From: Acidobacteriota bacterium
GTDB taxonomy: Bacteria > Acidobacteriota > Terriglobia > Terriglobales > Acidobacteriaceae
Direction of reading: 5' to 3'
Assembly (NCBI GenBank): GCA_021781795.1
Contig: JAJXWA010000008.1
Span: forward strand, 4,860 to 68,859
DNA length: 64,000 nt
Shown here: one piece after another, positions 49,448 to 59,416 of the stretch
Numbering within the stretch: position 1 is the stretch's first letter
How the letters are laid out: every line of letters starts with the position of its first letter
Translations under genes and position numbers: made by a program
The notes under the pieces: generated by a model
What the model was told of the DNA's origin: nothing
Seen by the model: the letters and a program-made list of their open reading frames with translations, nothing else
Database searches by the model: none

Positions 49448-51391
49448 TTGAATCAATATTTTGTGAAGCAGCTGCGTCGCTGCAGCCTTGCTGCGCCACT
49501 TGCCCTGTTCATTCCCTTCGGCCTGCAAGCCTGCGTTGCGCAGAATCAACCTTCTCAGTCGCCGCTTTACGGGGGCAGTGCCGCCGCCGCTCCTGCGCCG
49601 CAGCAGTCCGGCTCCGCCACCGCCGGGGTCTTTGCTCCCGTCCTCGACTCGGAGAATCGGCCCATCACGGCCGGTGGCTTTGTCAAGACGGGCCCTATCG
49701 TCTTCAAGGACATCTCTCAACAGGCCGGCCTCACCACCTGGAGGCACACCATGGGTACGCCGCAAAAGGCGTACATCCTGGAGACCATCGGCTCTGGCGT
49801 CGCTCTGCTTGACTACGACCACGATGGCTGGCTCGATATCTACATCGTCAACGGTTCCACCTTCGACGCGCTGGATGGCAAGGCCCAACCACCCCACGCC
49901 GCTCTGTTTCACAACAATCATGACGGCACCTTCACCAATGTCGCAGAACAGGCCGGAGTCACAAACGATCGCTGGGGCTTCGGCGTAGCCGTTGGCGACT
50001 TCGACAACGACGGTTGGCCCGACCTCTATGTCGCCAACTACGGCAAGAATCGCCTCTACCATAACAACCACGATGGTACCTTCACCGATGTTGCTGAGGC
50101 GGCTGGTGTCACCCTCGGCAACTGGTCTACCGGGCCCAGCTTTGGCGACTACGATGGCGACGGCCGGCTCGACATCTTCGTCCCCGGATATGTTCACTGG
50201 GACATGAACAACCTGCCGCTCTCCGGATCCAAAGCGGTCGGATATGCCAACTGCCAGTTCCGTGGTGCGCAGGTTATGTGCGGCCCTCGCGGTCTACCCG
50301 GTGAGCCCGATCATCTCTTCCACAACAACGGTGACGGAACCTTTACCGACGTGAGCCTGAAAGCTGGAGTCAGCGACAAGCGCCACTACTACGGGTTCTC
50401 CTCCACCTTCGTCGACATCAACAATGACGGCAAGGTCGATCTTGTCGTCACGGATGACTCGTCGCCTAACTATCTCTATATCAATAAGGGCGACGGCACC
50501 TTTGACGACTCCAGCTTCTACTCAGGCTTTGCCCTGAACCAGGATGCGCGCGAGACCGCTTCCATGGGCCTTGCCGTCGGCGACTATCGCAACAATGGGC
50601 GGCTCGACCTCTACACCACAACCTTCTCAGATGACTACAAGACTCTCTACCGCAATGACGGCGATGGCAACTTCGTCGACATTACGCCGGAGATGGGCAT
50701 GGCTGAGCCGACCTATCCCTTTCTGAGCTGGGGCACTGAGTTCTTTGACTACGATAACGATGGCTGGAAGGACCTGATGTTTGTCGCGGGCCACGTCTAC
50801 CCCCAGGTGGACCAGCACAACTGGGGCACTTCCTTTGCCGAACGTCCACTGCTCTTTCACAACGTGGATCACGGAAAGAAATTCGATGTAATGCCCGCAG
50901 TAGAGGGTAGTGGTCTCGCCGATGTTCTGCCCGCACGCGGCGCTGCCTTCGGCGATCTCTTCAACGACGGCAAGACCGATGTAGTGATTAATTGCCTTGA
51001 CCAGACTCCCGTACTTCTGCGCAACGTCAGCGAAGACCACAATCACTGGGTGGGGCTCATGCTCATCGGTGACGCCAAGAGCCCGCGCGACGCGGTAGGG
51101 TCAACCATCTTTCTCTCAGCCGGCGGCATGCAGCAGCGCGGCGATGTGATGAGCGGCGGAAGCTTTGAGTCATCCAATGACTTCCGTGTGCACTTTGGAC
51201 TCGGCCAGCTGACCAGCGTCGACAAAGTAGAGATCCGCTGGCCTGATGGAGTCAAGGAGACCTACCACCTGCCCGGCATCGACCGATACTTTGCAATCGA
51301 AGAGGGCAAGGGCCTGGTCCCAAGCGTCTACGACGGCATCGCCGCAACGCTTTCCCACAAAGAGCCCAGCGGCACACACGCATCCCGGTAA
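49448..51391 (+). CDS. CRTAC1-family secreted protein (FG-GAP plus ASPIC/UnbV), paralogue 2
   Basis: Same repeat architecture as 43427-45310, GGSFESSNDFRVHFGLG. TTG start behind GAGAGG (or 49409). Confidence 0.9.
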   Translation: MNQYFVKQLRRCSLAAPLALFIPFGLQACVAQNQPSQSPLYGGSAAAAPAPQQSGSATAGVFAPVLDSENRPITAGGFVKTGPIVFKDISQQAGLTTWRHTMGTPQKAYILETIGSGVALLDYDHDGWLDIYIVNGSTFDALDGKAQPPHAALFHNNHDGTFTNVAEQAGVTNDRWGFGVAVGDFDNDGWPDLYVANYGKNRLYHNNHDGTFTDVAEAAGVTLGNWSTGPSFGDYDGDGRLDIFVPGYVHWDMNNLPLSGSKAVGYANCQFRGAQVMCGPRGLPGEPDHLFHNNGDGTFTDVSLKAGVSDKRHYYGFSSTFVDINNDGKVDLVVTDDSSPNYLYINKGDGTFDDSSFYSGFALNQDARETASMGLAVGDYRNNGRLDLYTTTFSDDYKTLYRNDGDGNFVDITPEMGMAEPTYPFLSWGTEFFDYDNDGWKDLMFVAGHVYPQVDQHNWGTSFAERPLLFHNVDHGKKFDVMPAVEGSGLADVLPARGAAFGDLFNDGKTDVVINCLDQTPVLLRNVSEDHNHWVGLMLIGDAKSPRDAVGSTIFLSAGGMQQRGDVMSGGSFESSNDFRVHFGLGQLTSVDKVEIRWPDGVKETYHLPGIDRYFAIEEGKGLVPSVYDGIAATLSHKEPSGTHASR

Positions 51392-51426
51392 ATCGTGTTT
51401 CCAACTTCTGCTTGCGAGGCTTGCCG

Positions 51427-53748
51427 ATGAGACTGACTGCACGCACGACTTGGCGGACAAGCGCCAGGCTGAGTTGCACTGCGATTGCATTCCTAGGGTG
51501 CGTCCTGGGAGTTGCGCAGGAGAAGGCCAGCGTTCCTGCCGCCCCGGCCTCTGCGACGGCGGTGACGGCAGGCAGCGCGAGTCACGCAGATCCATCGCTC
51601 GTCACCCTCAATGCTGTGGCGCAAGCTCGAGAGGATTCCGACCGCAAGGCGCATAATGCGCTGGTCGTGCCCACCTACAATTTCCACTACGGACCGAAGA
51701 ATCCCTTTACGCCGGGCAACATTGCCGTGCAGGGTGAGGGCTTCATTCAACCCGGAGCTTTTCCATCAGCGGAGTATTGCGGCACCTGCCACCAGGAAGC
51801 CTATCGCCAGTGGAGGCAGGCGCTGCATTCAAACTCATTCCGCACGCCCTTCTACCGCGCCAGCGTGAATATTCTCATCCGCGACAAGACGCGCGGCATT
51901 GCCTTTGCGCGCCACTGCGACAGTTGCCACAACCCCATCGGCGTCGTTAGCGGAGCTCTCACGGAAGACTCCAAAGTGGACCGGACATTGATGGATTCCG
52001 ACGGTCTGACCTGCATGACCTGCCATTCAGTTGTCAGCCTGGATTCAACCAATGGCAACGCAAGCGTCAAGATAGGCGTGCCATCGGTGATGGTCGATGA
52101 GAACGGCGACCGCATTCCAGGTCAGGTTCCCTTCGGCGAGATTCTGCGCAATCCTGAGCGGCACTCAAAGGCCGTCATGCATGACTTCCTGCACCAGCCG
52201 GAATTCTGCGCAGCTTGCCACAAGGCGAATCTTCCCGCAACGCTCAATGATTACAAGTTCATCCGAGCCTTCACGGCTTTCGACGAATGGCAGGACTCCA
52301 AGTTTTCCGGGCGCAACCCCCTCACCTTCTACCAGGCGCCGGTCAAGACCTGTCAGGACTGCCACATGACGCGCGTTTCCGCGGACGCCAATGAGTACGG
52401 CGCCAAACATGGGACGTTTGCTTCGCATCGGTGGCTCGCAGGGAACACCGCCGTACCGTTCTACTACGGCTTCGATACGCAATTGCAGAAGACGATCCAG
52501 TTCCTCAAGTCGGGCGATTATCTGAATGTCGACATCTTTGGTTTGCGTAAATCGGGCGACAGCACACTGATTGCCCCACTCGGCAAGGCATCCTACACCC
52601 TGGCGCCGAACGATGTCGTGGAAGCCTACGTCGTGATCCAAAACAAAAACATCGGCCATTCGCTGATTCCGGAAGTACGTGATCTATACGAGGGCTGGGT
52701 TGAGTTCACCGTGAAGGATGCATCAGGCGCCGAAATCTACCACAGCGGCTTCCTCAAGCCAGATGGCACGCTGGACCCGCGCGCGCACAGCTTCACGAAT
52801 CGTCCTGTCACGGACCAGGGCGAATTCGTAGATAACCACAAGGTGTGGACGATCCACTCGGTAGCGTATGACAACACCATCCAGGCCGGGCGCTCCGTAC
52901 TCGTGCGCTATCAGTTCCGTTTGCCCGGTGATGTCAAAGGTCCAGTCTCCATTACGGCCAGGGTCAACTACCGCCACCTGCGTCAAAGCTACCTCAACAA
53001 CATCTTTGGCAGCGATCATCCCGAGTATCCAGTCGTCGAGCTCGCTTCGCGCACACGTGTTCTCAACATCGGAACCAATCAGCCGGAGCCGCCCTACCCC
53101 GCCGACAATCCGGACTGGATGCGCTGGAACAATCTCGGCATCGCGCTGCTCGACCAGCTTCAGTATGCCGAAGCAGTCTCGGCGTTCACTGAGGTCATTA
53201 AGCTGCGCTACGATTACGCAGACGCCTACACGAACGTCGGCCTCACAGAGATACTCTGGGAGAAATACGGCTCCGCACGCACAGCAATTCGCAGAGCTCT
53301 ATCGATCAGTCCCAACAGCGCCCGCGCGCTCTATTACGACGGGTTGCTGCAGCGGCGCGCAGGCAATACGCAGCAGGAGATTGCCGACTTTCGCAAAGTC
53401 GTCGAGATGTTTCCTCAGTCGCGCGATGCCCGCCGCGAGCTTGGCATTGCGTATTACAGGGAGAAGGACGAGCACGCGGCACTCGACGAGTTTGAGGCCC
53501 TGCTGAAGCTCGACCCAGACGACCTCACGGCCCACTACAACCTCTCCATCCTCTACCGGCGCATGGGCAGGAAAGACGACGCGGCCGAACAACAGGACAT
53601 GTTCATCGACAAGAAGGTGGACCCCGGCGCACCCACCTACTCGCTCAACTATCTGCGCGTCCACCCTGAGATTTCGACTGAAAGCATCCCCTGGCATTTG
53701 CACTCGGACCTGACTTCTGAGACCGGAATGGGGGACCATGACAACTGA
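51427..53748 (+). CDS. Secreted pentaheme cytochrome c (c554-like) with C-terminal TPR repeats
   Basis: Five CxxCH motifs (CGTCH, CDSCH, CMTCH, CAACH, CQDCH) and TPRs from WNNLGIALL to AHYNLSILYRRMG. Confidence 0.85.
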   Translation: MRLTARTTWRTSARLSCTAIAFLGCVLGVAQEKASVPAAPASATAVTAGSASHADPSLVTLNAVAQAREDSDRKAHNALVVPTYNFHYGPKNPFTPGNIAVQGEGFIQPGAFPSAEYCGTCHQEAYRQWRQALHSNSFRTPFYRASVNILIRDKTRGIAFARHCDSCHNPIGVVSGALTEDSKVDRTLMDSDGLTCMTCHSVVSLDSTNGNASVKIGVPSVMVDENGDRIPGQVPFGEILRNPERHSKAVMHDFLHQPEFCAACHKANLPATLNDYKFIRAFTAFDEWQDSKFSGRNPLTFYQAPVKTCQDCHMTRVSADANEYGAKHGTFASHRWLAGNTAVPFYYGFDTQLQKTIQFLKSGDYLNVDIFGLRKSGDSTLIAPLGKASYTLAPNDVVEAYVVIQNKNIGHSLIPEVRDLYEGWVEFTVKDASGAEIYHSGFLKPDGTLDPRAHSFTNRPVTDQGEFVDNHKVWTIHSVAYDNTIQAGRSVLVRYQFRLPGDVKGPVSITARVNYRHLRQSYLNNIFGSDHPEYPVVELASRTRVLNIGTNQPEPPYPADNPDWMRWNNLGIALLDQLQYAEAVSAFTEVIKLRYDYADAYTNVGLTEILWEKYGSARTAIRRALSISPNSARALYYDGLLQRRAGNTQQEIADFRKVVEMFPQSRDARRELGIAYYREKDEHAALDEFEALLKLDPDDLTAHYNLSILYRRMGRKDDAAEQQDMFIDKKVDPGAPTYSLNYLRVHPEISTESIPWHLHSDLTSETGMGDHDN

Positions 53749-54256
53749 ACCGCGCATCCATCTGGATTTCTTCTCGCTTTTCCTCTGCGCCATGCTTCTG
53801 CTCGCACACTCAGCTGCGCGTGCTGAAAACAACTGTCCGTGGATGAACGAGGCCACGGCTTCTGGATTAATCGGAGAGGACGCGTCCGGCATGGCTGTGG
53901 CAGTACCCGGCAAGCCCGCGCTCTGCACGTTTGCCGAACACGCGAATAAGCCGATGCGTACCTTTCAGATTTCGGTTGAAACTGCGCCGGACGGGCATAA
54001 CCAGTATCTCGCCGTACTCTGGAGGGCCTGCGGGTCTGCGTTCACGCCGCTTTCTGCCATTGGCAACGAAGCGGCAACGTGTACACGCGAACGGCACGGA
54101 AACATCATCGAAGCCCTTGCAGTGGGCCGGGTGCGCGATCAGATCTTCACTGTCACACTCGGCACGTCCATCAAGGACGACATGGTACTCACACCCGCCA
54201 TGCTCAAGATGAAGATCGGCATTGCAGCAGAACAGGTCTCCGGAAATCTCTACTGA
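53738..54256 (+). CDS. Secreted Cys-containing hypothetical protein
   Basis: Signal peptide (AARA-E), CPWMNEATASGLIG; overlaps the cytochrome gene end. Confidence 0.7.
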   Translation: MTTEPRIHLDFFSLFLCAMLLLAHSAARAENNCPWMNEATASGLIGEDASGMAVAVPGKPALCTFAEHANKPMRTFQISVETAPDGHNQYLAVLWRACGSAFTPLSAIGNEAATCTRERHGNIIEALAVGRVRDQIFTVTLGTSIKDDMVLTPAMLKMKIGIAAEQVSGNLY

Positions 54257-54283
54257 CCTTCGCGATTCCGTTGCCTTGCAGGA

Positions 54284-54805
54284 TTACTCCTCGCTCAACT
54301 CGTACGGAATCCCAAATCGCCCGATCTGGACGAGCGACTTGTCGGACGGAGGCCAGATGCGCAGGCTCTCCACCCGTGTCTTGCCTGCGATTCTTTTTGC
54401 TTCCGCAGTTCCCACGAGTGCGCCGGTCGCCGCGACGTTGAAGTGCACCTTCAGTGCGTCCGTGTCGCGCTCCCAGCCAAAGGCATACTCCCCCGGCATC
54501 AGCTTCACTCCGCCAATTGTGATCGGCGCCTGCACCACAAGGTAGTGCGAGTACTTTCCGTCTGCCGAGTAACCCGCGGTGATCAGCACGACGCCGGCGA
54601 TGTAGCGGCCATGGCTGTTCACAATCCCGCTGGCCGTGCGCATCTCGGTTTCAATGCGCTCCTTCTCCACCGGAGCGCGCGCCGGCAGAAGGCTTGCCAG
54701 TTCGGCGTCCGTTGCCTGGCGCCACGTTGTCTTCTCTGCCTGCGAAGCGCGCGCCACCGGCGCCAGCATCGCAGCCATCACAGCAGCAACAATCAGCTTC
54801 TTCAT
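54284..54805 (-). CDS. Secreted hypothetical protein
   Basis: Signal peptide MKKLIVAAVMAAMLAPVARA; ATGA overlap with the response regulator. Confidence 0.75.
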   Translation of the reverse strand: MKKLIVAAVMAAMLAPVARASQAEKTTWRQATDAELASLLPARAPVEKERIETEMRTASGIVNSHGRYIAGVVLITAGYSADGKYSHYLVVQAPITIGGVKLMPGEYAFGWERDTDALKVHFNVAATGALVGTAEAKRIAGKTRVESLRIWPPSDKSLVQIGRFGIPYELSEE

Positions 54806-55452
54806 GGTCCCGGTTTCCTCAGGCTCTCCAGCGGCACAATGCCCCTTTGAATCGCCGCCGTAGCCGCCTGCGTACGATCTGTCACGCCCAGCTTGCCCAG
54901 CAGGCTGTTGATGTGTGTTTTTACGGTCGCTTCGCTGATGTCGAGCTCGGTCGCGATTTCCTTGTTGCTCTTGCCGCGAACAATCTGCTCCAGCACGTCG
55001 AACTCGCGCGGCGTCAGCTCTTCCGCGCCCATCCGCTCGGCCAGCTTCTGTGCAATTGCGGGCGGGATGTGCGACTTGCCCGCATGAACGGCACGAATTG
55101 TCGCGATCAATTCTTCGCTCGTCATGCCCTTCAGAAGGTACGCCCGCGCGCCCGCCTGCAGCGCGCGATAGATGTCCTCGTCGCCATCGTAGGTCGTGAG
55201 CACGATGAATCTTGCCTGCGGCGTCTCCATGCGAATCCGCTGAATCACCTCCACGCCCGAAAGCCGAGGCAGCCGCAGATCGGTCAGCGTGACATTCGGC
55301 TGGTGCTTGCGAAACTGAGCAATCGCCTCCACACCATCCGCGGCCTCGCCCACCACTTCGATTCCGTCTGCCACGTTGAGCAGGGCGACTAACCCCTGCC
55401 GCACTACGTGGTGATCTTCGACCACCAGCACTTTGATCGTCTCCTGAGCCAC
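54802..55452 (-). CDS. NarL/LuxR-family response regulator
   Basis: VVEDH, TDLRLP, YLLKG, LTPREFDVL...GKSNKEIA...TVKTH. Confidence 0.95.
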   Translation of the reverse strand: MAQETIKVLVVEDHHVVRQGLVALLNVADGIEVVGEAADGVEAIAQFRKHQPNVTLTDLRLPRLSGVEVIQRIRMETPQARFIVLTTYDGDEDIYRALQAGARAYLLKGMTSEELIATIRAVHAGKSHIPPAIAQKLAERMGAEELTPREFDVLEQIVRGKSNKEIATELDISEATVKTHINSLLGKLGVTDRTQAATAAIQRGIVPLESLRKPGP

Positions 55453-55454
55453 GC

Positions 55455-58343
55455 CTACTCCTTCTGCTCTTTTCTCGCCGGCACGCGCAACCGTACCGTC
55501 GTTCCTGCGCCGCTTTCGCTCGTCACATCGAGCGTGCCCTTGATCGATGCGGCGCGCTCACGCATGCCCGTCAAGCCGTAATGGCCCGGTGGCGCCTGCG
55601 CATCGCCGGCTGCTGCAAATCCACGCCCGTCGTCCCGCACCTCCAGCGCAATCTCATTTTGCCTGTACTCCAGTTGGACTGTCAGGTTTCGCGCACCGGC
55701 GTGCTTCTTCACATTATGGATGGCCTCCTGCGCCACGCGCAGAATTTCCTGCTCGGTTCCAGGCGGCAGCGACCTGTACGCACCATAGATGCTGAAGGTT
55801 GCATCAAGCCCATGTCCGCCGGCCTGCTCGGTCACCCGCCGCAATTCCACGGGGAGCGTTTTCTCGCCCGAGTCCTGCGAGCGCAACGCCCAGATCGATT
55901 GCCGCGCGTCCGCCAGCCCATCCCGCACCTGGCCGCGCGCCATGTCCAGTTGCTTCGCCGCTGCATCCACTTTCTGCTGCCGCAGCAACTCCGCAAGCAC
56001 CTCAAGCTGCACGCTGATCCCAACATAGCCCTGAGCCAGCGTGTCGTGGATCTCCCGCGCAATCCGGTTGCGCTCGCCCAGCACGGCGCGAAACTCCCGC
56101 TCTGCACGCATCAGCCGCAGCCGCAGAATCAGCACGACAAGCGCAGCCAGCAGCAAACCCAGCACAATGTAAAACCACACCGTCTGGTAGAAGTGCGGCC
56201 GCAGCTCAAAGCGCAGCGCCGCACCCTCCGTGTTCCACACGCCATCATTGTTCGCCGCCTGCACACGAAATACATACCGGCCCGGAGGAATATTCGTGTA
56301 ATACGCCGTGCGCCGCGCGCCCGCCTCCGTCCAGTGGTGGTCAAAGCCCTCCAGCATGTAGCGGTAGCGAATCTTCTGCGGCGCCACAAAGCTCAGTCCC
56401 GCATAATCGAACTCAAAGTGCACATGCCCCGCCTGCACCTGCACACCGGCGCCGGTTCCGAGCGACTGCTCCAAGTCATCTACCGCCAGCCGCTCAATCG
56501 CCACCGGCGGCGGAACCGTATTGATGGCAAAATGCGCTGGGTCGGCAACCACAAGTCCTTTCGGCGTAGCAAACCATAGCCGCCCGTCCCTGCCGCGCCA
56601 CGCCGAGGGATGGCTGTTCGTTGCTGTCTCGCGACTGCGCAGTCCATCCGCCGGACCAAATTCAATCCAGTTCGTGCACTCCGCCGTCATGGTGCAGTCG
56701 CAACGCGCGATTCCCATGTCCGTCGCAAACCAAAGGTGGTTCCCCGCGTCATCGAGAATCGCATGAATGCTCTTCTCATCCAGACCCCGACCCTTCGGCG
56801 CGCTGAAGTGCGTCCCGTCCCAAAGATTCCACCCGTGGTCTTGCGTGCCGATGAAGAGCTCCGTGGCGCTGCGCACCAGAAGCGACGTTACGACATTGCT
56901 GGAAAGCCCATCTTTCGTCGTGTAGTTCGTAATCATGCCGCCGTGCAACCGCGACAGCCCTGCCAGCGTCGCCACCCAGAGGTCTCCGCGCGCATCGCGC
57001 GCCATCGCGCCCACCAGGTCGCTGCCCAGTCCGTTGGCCTGCGTATAAGTTGTCGTCCTTGTCGCTGTCCGGCCACTCTTGTCGAAGACCCAATGCGCCA
57101 GGCCCCGCCGCGTGCCCACCCACAGCGACCCGTCCTTATCGACCAAAAGAGAACGGATAAAGTCATCCGGCAGCCCGTCTGCAGATGTGTACGCATCCAC
57201 CGCCCCTCTGCGTATGCGGTTCAGTCCGTCTGGCGTTCCCACCCACACATCGCCGTTGGGCGCTGCGGCCAATGAAAGAACGATGTTGCTCAAAAGGGCG
57301 TCGCGCACCGCGTAGACGCGATCCGCGCCCGGCTTCACCTCCCCAAGGCGCACCACGTTCAGCCCACCGCCGTTCGTGCCTACCCACAGCCGCCCCTGCG
57401 CATCCTCCACCACCGTCGTCGTTACGTCTGAGCTTAGCCCCTCATGCGTTCCCACCACGTGGAAGCGCTGATCGCGCAGGATATCCAATCCTCCCGTCTC
57501 CGTTCCCGCCCATAGATTGCCCTCGCGGTCTTCCATCAGACTCAGCACGCTCGCCCCGGCCAGAGGGTCGGTCAACGGCAGCCGCTCCAGCCTGCCCTCG
57601 GCGTAGCGCGCCAGCCCGCCGTTTGTCCCGATCCACAGCGCCCCCTCACGATCCGCAAGCAGAACCTGAATCCGCGTTCCCGGCAGCTCCTTGCCGACGC
57701 TCCACCGCACGGGCTTACCGAGTTGCATCAGTTCCACCGTTGTGTGGGTCGCCCGCGCGCGCTCACCGCTCAAAAGCCTCGCCGCGAACACGGGAGCCTC
57801 GGCCGCATCAGAACCCGCGCTCTTGCCCTGACCAATCGGCATCATCACGCCGCCGTCCAAAGTGACTTCGCCGCTGCTTGTGCCCGCAACCACATCCCCA
57901 TTGCGCAGCTCAAGGCTGAGAATGCCATTCGCCGGCAGGCCCTGCGCCGTCGTGTAAACCTTCACCGACCCGTCCTTCAGCCGCGCCAGGCCATCTCCGG
58001 TGCCGATCCACAACGCCCCATCACTTGTCGCCAGCAGGCAGCGAATATCGCCGCTCGGCAGTTTTGGTTCGGAATGCATATCCAGCACCAGAAACGAATT
58101 GCCGTCGAACCGCGCCAGCCCAGCCTCTGTGCCGACCCACACAAATCCGTCTCGCGTCTGCGCAAGCGCATGCACGGTATCCTGCGGCAGCCCGTTCTCC
58201 ATCCCCCACGCCTGCCGCGCATACTCAGCCAGTGGAGTCGCCGGTTCCAGCGCCCATCCGCCCAGCGCCGCGCCCAGCAGACCCCACGCCGCCAGCGCCC
58301 GCCACGTCCAGCCCCCCCTCGAATTGGCCTGTCCGTCTCTCAA
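55455..58343 (-). CDS. Sensor histidine kinase with periplasmic beta-propellers, Y_Y_Y domain and HisKA_3/HATPase
   Basis: Repeated DxxGxLWxGTxxGL blades, YRYMLEGFD...YTNIPPGRY, TM, ERNRIAREIHDTLAQ, EAIHNVKKHA, DDGRGF, YGLTGMRERA. Confidence 0.93.
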   Translation of the reverse strand: MRDGQANSRGGWTWRALAAWGLLGAALGGWALEPATPLAEYARQAWGMENGLPQDTVHALAQTRDGFVWVGTEAGLARFDGNSFLVLDMHSEPKLPSGDIRCLLATSDGALWIGTGDGLARLKDGSVKVYTTAQGLPANGILSLELRNGDVVAGTSSGEVTLDGGVMMPIGQGKSAGSDAAEAPVFAARLLSGERARATHTTVELMQLGKPVRWSVGKELPGTRIQVLLADREGALWIGTNGGLARYAEGRLERLPLTDPLAGASVLSLMEDREGNLWAGTETGGLDILRDQRFHVVGTHEGLSSDVTTTVVEDAQGRLWVGTNGGGLNVVRLGEVKPGADRVYAVRDALLSNIVLSLAAAPNGDVWVGTPDGLNRIRRGAVDAYTSADGLPDDFIRSLLVDKDGSLWVGTRRGLAHWVFDKSGRTATRTTTYTQANGLGSDLVGAMARDARGDLWVATLAGLSRLHGGMITNYTTKDGLSSNVVTSLLVRSATELFIGTQDHGWNLWDGTHFSAPKGRGLDEKSIHAILDDAGNHLWFATDMGIARCDCTMTAECTNWIEFGPADGLRSRETATNSHPSAWRGRDGRLWFATPKGLVVADPAHFAINTVPPPVAIERLAVDDLEQSLGTGAGVQVQAGHVHFEFDYAGLSFVAPQKIRYRYMLEGFDHHWTEAGARRTAYYTNIPPGRYVFRVQAANNDGVWNTEGAALRFELRPHFYQTVWFYIVLGLLLAALVVLILRLRLMRAEREFRAVLGERNRIAREIHDTLAQGYVGISVQLEVLAELLRQQKVDAAAKQLDMARGQVRDGLADARQSIWALRSQDSGEKTLPVELRRVTEQAGGHGLDATFSIYGAYRSLPPGTEQEILRVAQEAIHNVKKHAGARNLTVQLEYRQNEIALEVRDDGRGFAAAGDAQAPPGHYGLTGMRERAASIKGTLDVTSESGAGTTVRLRVPARKEQKE

Positions 58344-58500
58344 CCCGTGCCGCGCGCCTCAATCTCCGCGCAACTCCACACTACTCGTCCACACGCACGC
58401 CTGCACAGCACTGCAGCCCTCCCGTCTCCATCCAACGATGGACCGGCCCATCCCTCGAACGGCCCAAGACGCCGCCCCGCCCAACCGCTACTCTGTCTTT

Positions 58501-58580
58501 GTCTCCTGATTGGCCTGTACATTTCTGGCAATGTCTTTCGGGTGGAAGCCGCACAAATCGGCTCCCACCCGATTCTTTTT
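58501..58580 (+). ncRNA. Candidate small RNA ending in an intrinsic terminator
   Basis: TACTCT -10 at 58489-58494; hairpin TCGGGTGG-A-AGCCG/CGGCT-C-CCACCCGA followed by TTCTTTTT; no plus-strand gene upstream to terminate. Confidence 0.5.
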
Positions 58581-58633
58581 GCGCCCCGCTCCCACAGCGC
58601 ACCCCGCCCGCCATCTGCTACCCTGCTTCCGCC

Positions 58634-59416
58634 ATGGTTTACGACCACATCCTCCTCGATCTCCGCCCGCCGCTCGCCACCATCACCCTCAACCGCCCCG
58701 CCGTCCTCAACGCCCTCAACGCCGCGCTCTTCGCCGAGCTCGCCCACGCGCTCAACCGCGCCGCCGAAGACCCCGCCGTCCGCGTCATCCTCCTCACCGG
58801 CGCGGGCAACAAGGCCTTCGCCGCCGGAGCCGACATCCGCGAAATCGCCGCCACCGACGCCGTCACCGGCCAGGAACTCTCCCTCCGCGGCCAGGCCGTC
58901 TTTCGCTTCATGGAAACCTGCGGCAAGCCCGTCCTCGCCTGCATCAACGGCTTCGCCCTCGGCGGCGGCTGCGAGCTCGCCATGGCCTGCACCCTCCGCC
59001 TCGCCGCGGACACCGCCCGCCTCGGCCAGCCCGAAGTCAAACTCGGTCTCCTGCCCGGCTACGGCGGCACGCAGCGCCTGCCCCGCCTCGTCGGCCGCGG
59101 CGCCGCCCTGCGCCTGCTGCTCACCGGCGACATCATCTCCGCGCAGGAAGCCCTCCGCATCGGCCTCGTCGATGAAGTGCTGCCCGCCGCCGACCTCATG
59201 CCCCGCGCCGAAGCCCTCGCCCGCCAACTCGCCGCCAACGCGCCCCTCGCCCTCGCCAGCACCCTCCGCGCCGTCGATGAAGGACTCGACCTACCCCTCG
59301 AACCCGCCCTCCGCCGCGAAGCCGAACTCTTCGGCGAGCTCTGCGCCACCGCCGACAAAGCCGAAGGCACCGCCGCCTTCCTCGAAAAACGCACCCCCAC
59401 CTGGCAAGGCAAATAG
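58634..59416 (+). CDS. Enoyl-CoA hydratase/crotonase
   Basis: LNRPAVLNAL, KAFAAGADI, INGFALGGGCELAMAC, GQPEVKLGLLPGYGGTQRL, AFLEKR. Confidence 0.94.
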   Translation: MVYDHILLDLRPPLATITLNRPAVLNALNAALFAELAHALNRAAEDPAVRVILLTGAGNKAFAAGADIREIAATDAVTGQELSLRGQAVFRFMETCGKPVLACINGFALGGGCELAMACTLRLAADTARLGQPEVKLGLLPGYGGTQRLPRLVGRGAALRLLLTGDIISAQEALRIGLVDEVLPAADLMPRAEALARQLAANAPLALASTLRAVDEGLDLPLEPALRREAELFGELCATADKAEGTAAFLEKRTPTWQGK

